NCBI GenBank assembly: GCA_029953675.1
Contig: JAMWBK010000001.1
Coordinates: 2,294,001-2,358,000, forward strand
Source: Rhodosorus marinus CCMP1338
Lineage: Eukaryota > Plantae > Rhodophyta
Direction of reading: 5' to 3'
Length of the DNA stretch: 64,000 nt
In this document: piece by piece, positions 22,561 to 35,036 of the stretch
Layout: each line of letters starts with the position of its first letter
How positions within the stretch are numbered: the first letter of the stretch is position 1
Program-made: the position numbers and the translations under genes
Notes under the pieces: model-generated
Database searches by the model: none
Told to the model about the DNA's origin: nothing
What the model saw: the letters and a program-made list of their open reading frames with translations, nothing else

Positions 22561-23010
22561 TCCCGATAGTTTGGGTTTTTCGGGGCAGAACGAGTCTTCG
22601 GGCTTCGGTTCCCGTATCCGGCCTGAGAAAATGTCCAGTGACTCACCATCTCTCGCTGTTTTATTACTTGCTTCCGTTTGCTTTCTTCCTAACAAAGACG
22701 CAGACCGTATGTTGACGCGTTTGTACGTTCACGCTGCTTTTGTTGTTGGACGTCATCAGCGTCGCCCCTTCCCGGAGCTCCGCAACTATCCGTTGAAACA
22801 CGATCAAAATTCCCTATAGTTTGGGATTTGGGGCATAATTTGTCATCCGGCTTCGGTTCTTGTATTCGGCTGAGAAAGTGTCCGGTGACTCACTATCCTC
22901 GCCTTGTTGTTAGTTGCTTTCCCTTGCTTTCTTCCTAGCGAAGACGCCGACGGCAGGTTGACGCGGTTGCACGTCTGCTGCTCCGTTGTTGGACAGACGT
23001 CATCATCGCC
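22561..23010. repeat. Diverged ~250-bp tandem duplication, non-coding
   Basis: Collinear blocks recur 250 nt apart: tccc(g/t)atagtttggg, ggcttcggttc, ctgagaaa(a/g)tgtcc(a/g)gtgactcac, gctttcttccta, gttgacgcg, ttgttgga, cgtcatca. Confidence 0.85.
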
Positions 23011-25330
23011 ATCACTTCGGCTCCTCAGGGTAGATAGGCTCAATAAATTGTTGTTGCATTTTGTTGACAGTAGGCCCTGTTATAAGGACCGGGACGGCGG
23101 AAAATGCAAACAAAACGACTCTGTGCAGAGGCCGTGGAAAGCAGTGGGGGTGCCAGGTTGGAACCGTCGGCCTCCACAAGCCGATTTAGCTTTGGAAGAT
23201 TGTCAGAATCAAACTCTTCTGGTAAAATAGTTTCATAAAGCTTTGCATCAGCATTTCGACAGCTCTCCACGCCTATGTGATAAATTGGAGGCGGGCGGGG
23301 GGGAAAACAATCGACGCCTCCATTCCTGCGAAGCCTAGCTTAACACTGGGACTGCCCTGCTGTTTCTCGAACGCGGCGGCTCGATCGACATCTGTTGCAA
23401 TCCAGAGCTCCTCTAGGCGAGCGCCCAGCGGGCAGGACTTCGCGCGTACGTGAGAAGGTTAGGATAGATGGACCTGCGGCAGCAACTACTAAACAGACTT
23501 TGAGGGTTTTATTGAGAAGAGACACGCTCAACTTGTTTCCATTAGGATTTACCTCAGCAACCCGAGGATGTCCTCCCCCGTCCAGAACGTGTTAAACTTG
23601 AGGAGGGGAGAGGAAAGTACCGGCAAGTAGCTCCTCGCTACATCCGTGCATCCGTAGAGTTGCTCATCATTGACGACAAATTCAACCTACAGAGTTCCTG
23701 GAATTGCAGTCGGACTCGTTCTGATCGCAGGACGTTCCATCTCAGCGCTAACTCTGTGCATACCACGGTGAGTTTCGCAAACGACAGAGGTTTTCTATTT
23801 ACGGGTTGGGTATGCGGCCCTGGTCGTTTCCCCACATCCAAACGCATGCGAGCCCAGCTGTTGCTCAGCCGGCCATGCCGAGGACGGTTTCGCAAGTTTC
23901 TGGAGAGATTTTTACGGCACTTGAGATTTGGACAAAAACTCAGGGTCATGAATGAAGACCATCCTCTGCACCACCGAAATCACCCAATCGCTATCCACCC
24001 GTCGTTTCCTCTTCCTGTGGACGACGCAAGTTCCTGATCAATCCAAATCACCATATTGACTAAAACGTTGCAAATTGCACCATGAGCTTGGGCCTCAGCC
24101 AGTGTCCGAGATTTCGTACTGGTCTTTCTTTCTACTACACCCTCAGAGTCGCTTATAGCATTTCCTGCATAAAGCCAGGTTCATAGGAGCGGCCTTCGTC
24201 GAGTGGTCAATACGCAGCTTGGCAAGTACACACCCTCCTCAAGGCGGATGTAGTATTCCACTTACACTACGGCGGCTGTCCATCTGACGGGCTTTGACTG
24301 TTACAACGTTCGCTTCACACCCGTTCACGAACAACGCTGAAGTACCCTTTATTCCTTTGTCATGGCGAGCAACCGCAGGATATTCGGTGTGGGCCAAAAT
24401 CCACTTTGCCGGGAAGCTCCACCACAGGCTTTTCCGCGGTCCTGGTTGGTAGGAAATCTGCTGCCTGTCTCCAGCTACGGAAGAGAGAGGAGTAGTTACA
24501 TTTGCTGCAAAGCGTAAATGTACACTCTTGAGATGGAATAGTTCTTCAGTGGATTGCATCCACGACGAATTGCGTTTGAACTGAAGCATTGAATCGCACA
24601 GAACCGTCATCGGGAACGACCGCAGGGGTTGTTCGCGTCTAAACCCCACTTTCTCCGGTGACTTTGGAGCAAGGCAGTTTCATCAGTAATCGATAACGAT
24701 TCCTATTGAGTTCCTCTATACCAACCTTCAATATCAGTCGGATTCTATTATCCACTTTTACAACAAGAACATCGACAGAAAAGTTTTTGACTAACCCCAA
24801 AACCTGACACTAAAACTCCCCATGTCAACTCTGTCGGTTTAAGTGTCACCTATTTTAGCATGTATATTGATTGCTACGGAATACGAGTTGGAGGAAAATA
24901 TTCGCTCAAAAACAAATAATTGTATATTGATTGATATGTTGAAGATGACACTAATCACCGAATAGGGAGTTCTGCCATCCGATATGGAGGTGGGTCCAAA
25001 TTAAGAACGTATATTAAGTGTCATATAATTTTGATTGATAATAATGAATATCAAAATTATTTGAATGGATTTAGTATTCAAAAGGATTGAATTTGGGTGA
25101 CGCTTACTTGTTTTGTGAGCTTGGGGCGACGTTCCAGTGTTTGGTATTGAGTGGATGTGATTGAACGACTAAGACAATGAACGGGACGATGGGTTTGTGG
25201 AAGGGTTGGGCTGGGTGACTGAGTTTTTGTACAGGAGTGAGAGGGAGAAATCCGGTAATTTCGAGGATCTAGTTCAGTTATTTCTTACATTGAAGATTCT
25301 TTTGACGGTTTTGGAGAGCCCGGAAGGAAT

Positions 25331-27529
25331 ATGGAAATCGGGTTCGTGAGTACTGGGGCTCCATTGAGACGGCCCAGGGTTGCGTGTTATACGAAAATGG
25401 CGGTTGAAAGTGGGCGAGAGGGGAAGCATAGATCATTTTTCGCGGGTGCTGCGGGGGGGTTGGCGGCATCTGCCGTGATTTGGTCTGGTGCTATATCTGA
25501 CACCACGTCATTTGCGTTTACGGAAGAACAGAAGCTAATCGCGGAGGCTTGGAGGGTGGTTGATCAGGTATGTTTGGCAGAAAAATATTTGAGAGTCTTC
25601 TACCTCCCTACGGCCAAGTCCGGACTGTTTTATGCTGATAGATGGATCTCGTTCACACCACAGGGATACATCGACCGCACGTTCAACAACCAGGACTGGT
25701 TCAAAATCCGCATGAAAGCTGTCAAGAAGCAATACAAAGACCGCCAAGTACGTTTCCAATTCCTTCATTCAAAGGAGGAAACCTTCGCAGCTAAAATGCT
25801 AGGCTGGCCCGGATATCACTGCTAGCTTGACTGATAAAACCTACTACCACTGCGATGTATAGGAAGCGTACGAGGCCATTAGGAAGATGGTCTCTAGCTT
25901 GAATGATCCTTACACGAGATTTCTATCTCCAGATCAGCTCGACTCATTGACATCAACGACAACTGGAGATATTGCTGGAATAGGACTCGAACTCTACCCT
26001 GGAGCTACAAAGGTAAGGACTGCTTACCACTCTCGGAGACACCAACAAGACTCCTCGCAGGGAGTTAGCCTGAAATGGCGTTTGATTCTGTGCAGGCTGG
26101 CTTGCAAGTTCTCAACGTTGAAGGCGAAGGGCCAGCGTTCAGGAACGGGTTGAAACCTGACGATGTGATCATCGAAATTGACGGTGAAGAGACCGCGGTA
26201 AGGATAGCCAAGTGGGAAGAAGGTGTTCTTGCTTACAAAGCTGACTTCTGATTCTCGCTATATTCAGGAGCTCACACCTGATGAAGGAGCGGCTCGTATT
26301 AGAGGCAGTCCTGGCACAACTGTTGTGCTTACGGTTCAGCGAACGACGGATAAGCAAGAGGAGCTCAACTTGAAGTTCGTGAGGGAGCAGCTCAAGCTCA
26401 AATCAGTAACTCAGTCGGTAAAGATTTCAGCTGAAAATCGCAAGGTAAAGAAAAAAGGCGAACACGTCAAGACTCTCACCTCATGTATAGCACAAGTAGC
26501 GGCATGAGCTAAGCGACGGTTGTGGTGATGGATGAACAACAGGTTGGCTATGTAAAGATAAAGTCCTTCAACGGGAGTACTGCTGATGATGTAAAGGCGG
26601 CTCTTGAGAATCTCAAAAAGCAAGGAGCTCAGGAATACGTCGTTGACTTGCGGAACAACCCCGGAGGATACTTCCCAGCCGGCGTCGAAGTCGCTCAGCT
26701 GTTTTTGGACGAAGGTAAGACCGACAACCCGTGTTCAACGCTCAAGCCCTTTCGCGTTACTCTTAACTCATTTCCCACATATCGTTACTGCTCAGGATCA
26801 ACCGTAGCGTTCGTAATCAACAGCAAGGGTATTCAGGATGAATATATGAGCTCGGTGCCGGCTGTGACAAGGGATCCAGTGGCAGTTTTGATAAATAAGG
26901 TTGGTCCCCCGGAAAGACCAGATTTGCCCATCATCTCTACTTAACGGAAACGTAGGACTTGCGCAAAGACAGGGCCTCATCGAGGCACTAGCGTTTGTAG
27001 CAGCCTATGTGTCCCTCAGATACGCACGATGCTCTTTGAGGTGGTATTTTCCTGATTTTGTGTCTTGGATTCCTCGCTGACGCGTCTCATCTTCAATTTT
27101 TGTTTTTCCGCGAATGTTTCCAAAACAATTAACCCGAACAGAATACGGCGAGCGCGAGCGAAGTACTAGCTGGAGCACTCCACGACAACAACCGCGCGGT
27201 TCTCATAGGAGAGAAGAGCTTCGGAAAGGGCGTAGTTCAGACGGTGTCTCCATTGAGTGACGGCAGCGGACTTGCCGTTACGATTGCAAAATATGAGACT
27301 CCAAAACACAAGGAAGTGAACAAGGTAGTCAATTCAAGATCCGCCTGATAATTTTTCGCTCGCGGTTTGTCGATCTCCATCGCCATCTAGCGCGGGGAGT
27401 GCTCCGCGACATCGGTCTGAGTTTTCTCCTGCGTGTCCCCCAAATTTCTAGGTCGGAATATTCCCGGACGTCTCCAAGACCTGCCCACAGGATGAGACGT
27501 TCGTTCAGTGCCTTCCAGATGGCTTTTGA
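25331..27529 (+). CDS. ctpA: C-terminal processing protease, peptidase S41 family (plastid/thylakoid CtpA-like), multi-exon
   Basis: Algal plastid-targeting-like N-terminus (MEIGFVST..). Conserved segments EAWRVVDQ.YIDRTFNNQDW, MVSSLNDPYTRFL, PDZ (GIGLE..GPAFRNGLKPDDVIIEIDG), VGYVKIKSFN, DLRNNPGG, TASASEVLAGALHDNNRA, SFGKGVVQ, YETPK. Exons linked by GT..AG introns; stop at 27527-27529. Confidence 0.93.
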
Positions 27530-27752
27530 TCAGGGCATTTTGGCCCTGTGTTCATGTAGGAAAGACTAACCTTTGCTAACGAAAATATTAAAAAAGCACA
27601 AGCGCCTCCAACCTGGTCTCCATATCCCCGACAAGGCTTGAACGAGATCAACCGATTCAATTCCGAACGCTTTGTGCTGTGAGCTTGGGAACAAGCAACA
27701 TGCGGTGAGCTTATGGTTGCATTACTAATACGTGAGCGTGTGACAAACACCC

Positions 27753-29952
27753 TCATCCTTCAGTCTTCTCGTCCGTGGCTCCGGCAGCACCCTTGGCCTC
27801 CTTCACATCGGCACTGCTATCCAATTTTGCTTTCTTTCTGGGTTGAACCGTTACAGCGTCTTGCCAGAGAGAGAGGGAACCTGAATAAGTTCGTCTTATT
27901 TGGTACACAGTAAGCTCTTCGAACTGATACCTTTCGACTCTTCAGCGGCTTGGGCACCAAAACCAACACCTGATACAGCACCGTTTGTGGCCTTCTCGAT
28001 GGCGTCCGAAAAGGCTTTGACTTCCTCCTGCATTTCGTCTCTTAGGGAAGTCTCCCCTTCGGCGTCCTCGAGCCGATTTTCCTGCGTTTTGTCAACGCAA
28101 AAGCCTACTTCAACGATCTCGAAGAAAAACGTTCCTCATCTCCAGCTTGAAGCATGAGGCGGGATAGCATGAAGTTGATTGAGATTTGCAGATCACCTCT
28201 TTTGCTTTGCCAATTCGTCGATCGAAAAGCTGAATCGCGAGATTGAGCGAGTCGATCGCCTTGAGCGGGTCTATCCTTCTCAATGCTAGGTATCTACTGT
28301 GATGAAGGCCGCCTATGGCTCTTGATTCTTGGCTTTCGATCTGTGGTACAAGAACACGAAGTTCGTTCTCTGAGAACACGAGCTTGCTATCCAGAGGGCT
28401 GTACTAGACAAACGCATACCTTCAACCTCACGTCAATGGCGGCTTGATAATCCTTCGCAGCTAGTTCAAAGTCATCATTTTCCATGCTGAAGTCGCCAAG
28501 TGTCTCCAGCACATCCGCAAGCCTATGGTCCTTGCGCTCCGATAAGCTGTCGAAGATTACTCGAGCATTCTCCAGCTGTTCCCATGCCAGCTCAAAGCTC
28601 ACTTGAGCATCACCATCTTGCGCGTCCTCCCCACCTTCACCTTCTTCTCCGCCTTCACCTTCTTCTCCGCCTTCACCTGCCTCCTCGTCTTCGGCTTCCT
28701 CCTCACCAGCCTCCTCATCCTCTAGTCTGTCTTCCCCCTCCGCGTCCGCTTTCGATGCCACAGCTTCCTTCTTTTCACCTTGCTCAGCAGCATCCTTAGC
28801 TTCAATCTATCCAAAGAGTCCTCATCGCACAAGAGAAAAGGCGAAAGTCAGTAACTCCGTTCGGGCCAAAGTACGACCGCTAATGTTCCACGGGCAGACT
28901 GCCTGTGAAATCATAAGCCAATGCTGGCTAAAAGCCAAAGCCAATGTTCCACAGTGCAATCGGCCTGTGAAATCATAATCCACTGCTGGCCAAAATCCAA
29001 AGCCAATGTTCCAAGGGCAGTCCGCCTATTAAATCACAATCCAATGCTGGCCAAGAACCAAAGCCAATGTTCCAAAGGGCAATCGGCCTATGAAACCGAA
29101 ATCTAACTCTGGCCAAAAACCAAAGCCAATGTTCCAAGGGCAATCGGCAGGTGAAATCATAATCCAACGCAGGCCAAAGTACGAGAGCCAATGTTGCAGC
29201 AATAATCAAGCTTGTTTTGTGGCCAACCAAACAAAAACCCAATGTTACGCAAAGAAAAGTTGGCTAGTGGAGTCAACAGTTCAATTCTGGCCAGCGACTG
29301 AACGCCAATGTTGCAAAGAACATCAGCCGGTGGATTGTCGCCAGATGATTTTTCTCCATTTCACGCCTTTGTGACGAAGCCAGGGTTCGTCTTCTTCGTC
29401 AAGAGCTCTGAGGTGACAGAGCACGCGTGCTAGACCTCTGACAAAGAGGCAGGACGGACGGCGGGGAACACAGTTCCTAGGCCAGATCCGGTGGCATGAA
29501 ATGGTATGCCCTTCTAAAACATGGGAAACCAGAGTGTTGCTTGAGTAGTTCTTACCGATTTCAAAACTTCTGGTCCGAGCAAGGCGTCTTCTGTTTCCTG
29601 TTCCCGAAGGGTTTGTAGTAGAGCCTTTCCATAGGATAGGAGGAGCTCTGCATAAGATGAGCTCGCCTGTTTAAGTAAAAAACCAAATGCAAGTACGTAA
29701 GGCATGGGTTGGTCATTGGAAAACGGGATTAGAGACGCGGACTCGATCGCTTGGGCTTGTAAGGAGCCAGAGCGGTGACCCGCCTACCATAATCGACTCT
29801 GGAAAACTTTCACTTGTCTCCTTCAAAGCAGATTCTAGGAGATCAACCGCTTTCTCGGTCTCCGATCCTTCCCTAAGCAATCCCTCCGCCTCCTCATACT
29901 GATCAACCAGCTTCCTGCCAAGCTTCGCTCGCATCTCCTCATAATCGGCCAT
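27753..29952 (-). CDS. NASP/Hif1-like histone H3/H4 chaperone (SHNi-TPR), multi-exon
   Basis: TPR-like LLLSYGKALLQ, then a long acidic insertion, then FELAWEQLENARVIF...LADVLETLGDFSMENDDFELAAKDYQAAIDVR, and a C-terminal VTVQPRKKAK basic motif. This is the NASP layout. Confidence 0.82.
28864..29330. repeat. Intronic ~59-bp minisatellite in the NASP-like gene
   Basis: About 5 good and 2-3 decayed copies of ggccaa..ccaaagccaatgttccaagggcaatcggcctgtgaaatcataatccaatgct. They lie inside the ~750-nt interval 29555-28807 between the coding exons. Confidence 0.9.
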
Positions 29953-30457
29953 ACCGAAAACTAGACTCGCCGCTTCCGCCAAATCCAATCACTCCGGCTA
30001 AAAGGTCCTTAGGAACGTCCACGAACCATTCAAACACTCTTCCAGAATTTAACCGGAACATCGATCTACAATGCCCTCCCACCCTTTTCAAACCCTACTG
30101 AGATTCAGTTCATATCTTCAACGTTTGTCAAGAGGCACCAAAACCGACCGCAGTTTAGATGCTTTTTTGTACAGCCCGAGAGTATTTCAAAGTGGATAGT
30201 TGTAGGTTCGAATCCGGCGATTAACTATAGGCATAGTCTGTCGATCTGAAGACCTCAAAAAACAGACTCAGCTCTAATTAGCACTACGGCTAACTAGAAT
30301 TGGAGAAACGGACACGGCGACGCAATAGCATCCCCCCGTGGGTGTACAAGGAGCAGAGTGATGAATGCTGACGGCGAAGGGGTGGCAGCCTCCGAGCCAT
30401 ATTCCTGAGGTCTGATAGCGTCGAGTGCTGATCATTTTTGGTATCGTCTAGAGCAGA

Positions 30458-32567
30458 TCAATGCCTGCGGAGCATCCGAAGATCGGTTGCCACTGTTGCT
30501 CCGGTTGTTGGCACGACCATGCCAGGAACTGAGGACTCTGGTTCCTCACACGCCCGCCGGTGAAATGGAAGCGTTCTGGTGAATGATGGCGCGTCCTTCC
30601 CTGGCTTTCTCAAGCCAAGGAATTCGCTACCAACTGAATCGCGAGCATATCTCGTAACTTTTTTTCTGTTCAAAATTTACGCATGTGAGGGAAACCTTGA
30701 CATTCATGATACTTTCGCGCTGTACTTGCTTTGTAGACTGCTTTCTGCTCTCTCACAAATTTTCGCCATTCCCTCAGTTAGGATCTTATTGTCACTTAGG
30801 AATCCTCGAAACTCCTGGACAACCTCGGCGTTGGCTTTCCTGCTGGGGATGTTGAGTTGCTGGTACAGCTCTGGTTGGTTTCCGTAGACTAAACCAAGCA
30901 GGATGGCGCCATATCCAGCCGCGGGCCCGCCCTTGATCATACTCCTTAGTACCATCTTCATGTCCTCGATTGAGAATTCCACCTTCGAGTAGAAGTTGAG
31001 GCTGACGAGAAGACCTAGAGCGAGAGTCTGGGACAGACCGGAGCAATGGTTCAGCGGGTTGTTCCAGGCCTTCTGTCTTGAGACTGCAACTAGACTCACA
31101 ATCACGTCTTGTTGAAACCGTTGGTCGAGCAGACGTATACAAGCTTGAGCTGTGCCCAATCTCGTGAACGTAGCGGAGGGCTTGGGTCGGCCGTGGGTGA
31201 TGTTCATCGTGATCCGAAGTAGCCATTCCAGGTCGTCCTCGTCAGTTGTCGGACAACTCGTCAACTCTATGAACATCCGAGCAATGTCTTTAGACTCCTT
31301 TGCCGCCTGTCATTCAAGCAAAAAAAAGCAGAGGGCATCAGTTGGATATCCAAAGTAAGGGGGATTCCTGTGCTCTGGAGGGCGAGTATGGAGACCTCTT
31401 CCTGGGCAGGGACGTGAAGCGTACACCAGTGGAACAGATTCAGAGGGGAGGTCTCTGAAAGGTTGTTCAGAATTGCCCTCGTTCCACCTTGAGCATGAAA
31501 AGCCGCCCTACGTGACAAGCTGTCCTTGAGTTCGAAGGCGACTACGTGGTGGAAGATGTGCTCCACGGACTTGGCAGCGGGGCAGGAGCCTGGACAAGCA
31601 CCATAGGTGACGTTTAGAACGCGGACTGAAAGTGACTGAAGGAGGCTTTTCACGCACCGGTCGATCGTCTGCAGGTTTCAAGCAGCGATGCGGTCTCTGG
31701 GAGGAGCGTCCGGGGCGACAAGGACAAGGAGGACACCGAACGGTCAACCAGCGTAGTCCAAGTCGGTTCCGGGATCTGCATCGGGAGGTTGGTCCCATCC
31801 ACGCTGGCTCTCAGAACGCAGGCGGCTGCCGCTGGTAGTCCGCAGTCCTCACGATTGTCGAGTTTGAGAGACAGACTTAACAGCGTTTGGAAAGCCGCTT
31901 CACGCGAAATGCTCTCGATTTCAAACTGCAGACCAACGAGGGACTCGCAGATTACCTTCATGAGTTCTTGAAAATCGTTTCTGGACAGGCTGTCGGAACC
32001 TGGACTGACGCAGAATGCCTCCAGTCAGAGAAAAAAAGGAAACTCTCCACAGTTGGTGCTTTTTGCTACCTGACTTGACTACGTCGACCGCCTCCTCAAA
32101 CTCCTGGATGTAGAGTTTCCTCGCTGCAGAAGGCCGCTTGGGTTTTTGTCGACTTCCGTTTCGGCAAGTGAAGCTAGGAATTAGCTTTCTTGCTCATTGT
32201 TTGCCGTGAACTGAGAAGCGAACGCTCACCCTGCTGCTTTGACAAGTGGGGGTTCTGGTTGCTGAATTGCGTTCGATGCCACTGACGTTAGTGGAAGATT
32301 TCCCGTTACGACCTGAACTGAGATCTTATTTGCGCACAGGATACCACCGAACTGCGAAAGATCGAGGTCCAACTCAGCGGCATGCAAGGGATAGTTTTGT
32401 CCCAATGCTCGATCGAACTCCAGACTGGCTTCGTAGTCCAGTCGATCTGGACGTGACAACAAAAAAACAAGCTCTTAAGAAGAAAAAAAGCAACGCCCAG
32501 GAGGTTTGACGGTAGAACCCTTACGAGGTACAAATTTGCGCTTTCCATAGGTGACGCCAGCTGCCAT
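30458..32567 (-). CDS. WAPL-like (cohesin release factor) HEAT-repeat protein, multi-exon
   Basis: N-terminal MAAGVTYGKRK (TYG[R/K] start motif). C-terminal WAPL-like helices WLLRITMNITH, LALGLLVSLN, GYGAILLGLV, VQEFRGFL; upstream FHAQGGTRAIL. 3' end uncertain. Confidence 0.6.
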
Positions 32568-33704
32568 GCTCTCCACTTAGCGTCACAGCGGTCAGAAGTG
32601 TTAGCAGGCCCCAGGCGGCAACAGAGGAAATGCAACCCCGGTCCCTAAAGCATCGATCAAGGAGCTCCGCTCTTAGAATTTCTGGCTGTGCACCTCAGAC
32701 GGAGGCAAACATCCAAAAAGTCTCCTACTCTCGCATTGAAAAATTCACGCGCTCCCCAAAGCCCTCCACCAGTGTTGTCCATGAGACACAGTTAACCCAA
32801 TGCTCGTTGCCCATCCAAACATCGCTCTCAGACACAACATATTTTTTTTGAAAAACCAATGAGAACGAATGCCCTACCGGATTTTCTTCAAAAACCAATT
32901 AAATTATTTCCCGCGATATTGTTTTCACAATAAAAAGAAAAAACAACAGTATAAGTATAAATTATATTGCAATTCATATATTTTATACCAATCATGTAGG
33001 ATTTCGAGGGTAGTATTTTAGAAATAAATCGAACGACAGCTGTCGATTCCGAGTGTAGGTTAGGATAGTGTTGTGATGGATGTGGTCTGACAGCTTGGAT
33101 GCTCATGATGAGAGACTTGAGGAAGGATCTGCACGATATGTTCTCAAGGAGAAGACGTACTGCCCTGTGAGATCATGAAAATCAGATCATTTGTGGTTTT
33201 TTGGGGGTGGTCGATCTCTCCCGTGGGAGACAAGCTTTTGAGCAGGAGGGGCATATTGGGGTGAGCAAGACTTGCATGGAGTGGGCGTACTCAACAGTGA
33301 AGTTCCGCGGATACCTGAACGGGAGCAGTTGGATATGGTTTGGTCATCTGACGGAACGAAACCCCTGGACAGGGGGTCTAAGTGAGTTTAGAGCGAACAT
33401 AGAGTAGTGGTATTGCGGTGCGGTAGGTAGCTGCCGAATGAAGGCTACGGAACCCAACGCGAGTCACCGCTTCGAGCAACCAGGCACAGCCTGCGGAAGC
33501 GTTCAACCTCAATCGGGTTCACCGGTGAATCTAAGAGGATAAGCGTTTCACATCAGCCTCCAAATTGACGGGTACTACGTCACCTTGAGCGGACGTGAAA
33601 CGGATACTCCTCATCCAGGGAAAAGACATCGTCCTACATCAGCCACTGATGGGTAACTCTAAACGAGTCCTTACGTAAAACTCGATCCCCCATACCACGT
33701 ATTA

Positions 33705-34080
33705 CATCAGCCTCCGTTTGATGGTTGACTCCAGTAAGAGCGTTTCACGTCAGGCACTCGTTTTCCATCTCTCCGTGTTGACAGCAAACGTCTATACCTC
33801 GGAAACAAAAAAACGAGAAAAAAAAGAAAAACATGAACATGCTAGACGTCCTCATCCATCACCCTCCGTTTGATGGGTGACTCCAGAAAGAGCGTTTCAT
33901 GTCAGTCACCCGTTTTCCATCTCCCCACGTGCATAGGCAAACGCCTATATACCTCAGAAACAAAAACGAGAAAAAACAACAACATATGAACATGCTAGAC
34001 GTCGTCATACATCACCCTCCGTGTGACACTAGAAGGTCGTCTTACGTCTTTCCGTGTTGAGAGCAAACGCCTTTACCTCC
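33705..34080. repeat. ~155-bp tandem repeat, 2 full copies plus partial, non-coding
   Basis: catca(g/c)cctccgtttgatgg..gactccag..agagcgtttca..cgttttccatct..gcaaacg..atacctc.gaaacaaaaa..catgaacatgctagacgtc recurs at ~33705 and ~33857. A partial third copy starts at ~34010. Confidence 0.85.
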
Positions 34081-34399
34081 TCTAAGGCAACTCTGCGTCA
34101 TGCATCAGCTTCCATTGACAGATGACTCCAGATTGACTTTCATGTTTCACATCAAACACAAGCGTTTTACATCGTCAAGGGTTGTAAAACACAGAAACGC
34201 AAAAGCCTTCATGGGGCACCAGAATCGAGGTTTGGGGAAAAATGACCGTTTCTTGGTTGCTTTGAGGGGTTATAAATCTCACCAGCAGCATGGATGGGTT
34301 GGGGGGGGGGGAAGCACTCTGATTAGAGTCGCCGACTTGTGAAGACGTAGACTTTTTAAACAAGAGCGCTTTCTGTAATTGGAATTTGGATAAAAAAGG

Positions 34400-34888
34400 A
34401 TGACTGTTTTGATGATCATATCACCGAAGAACCGGCCAGTTTTTGAGGCCGTGATTCCTGCGAATTCGTTGAGTGAAAGGCAACTGATCCTCTCACAGCT
34501 AGCCATCTTCGCGGCTCTGGATATGGTGGATGAGGCCATGTGGAGCTCAAAAGACCTGTATTTGAAGGTGAGAGTACACATTTGTTTTTGTTTACATCTC
34601 ATTCAAGAAGTGGTTTGATTCTGATGATGAAAAAGGGGATTTGGGGGCTTGTTCTAGGTTGTGGATCGGTTCAATGATCAGAGTGTATCCGCATTCGTTA
34701 CTCCTGGAAACCATCGGTTCATGTTGCTTCATGATGCACGACAGGACGACGGATTGAAGGCCTTCTTCAACAAGCTGTATGAGTTCTTCATCAAGATCGC
34801 GCTGAACCCGTTCTACGATGATGAAGAACCCATTCGCTCCAAGGCGTTTAGTGACCGAGTTCGTCATCTTGCGCAGGAATATCTATAA
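34400..34888 (+). CDS. TRAPPC2: TRAPP complex subunit 2 (sedlin/Trs20), ~132 aa
   Basis: Exons 34400-34567 and 34658-34888 (phase-0 intron). Motifs AALDMVDEAMW..DLYLKVVDRFNDQSVSAFVTPG..RFMLLHD and FFNKLYEFFIKIALNPFY. Confidence 0.95.
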
Positions 34889-35036
34889 AGTGTTCCTAGT
34901 GCGAGGAAGGAGCCCTCCTCATGGACGACAGCTTGCGCGGAGGACGGCGCACCTCCCCCCCACCCCTTTTTTTCACTTTAACAAAGTATCTGCGAGAGAG
35001 AACTGCCCGGACCTTTCCCTCAACTCAGCCGACAAC

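Noticed and set aside
28864-29330. Regularly spaced repeats as a CRISPR array
   Set aside because: Whole units repeat with no unique spacers, the context is a eukaryotic intron, and there are no cas genes.
30205-30215. ggttcgaatcc, tRNA T-loop/B-box motif
   Set aside because: Flanks (gtagg / ccggc) do not form a T-stem, and no acceptor, D or anticodon arms are evident.
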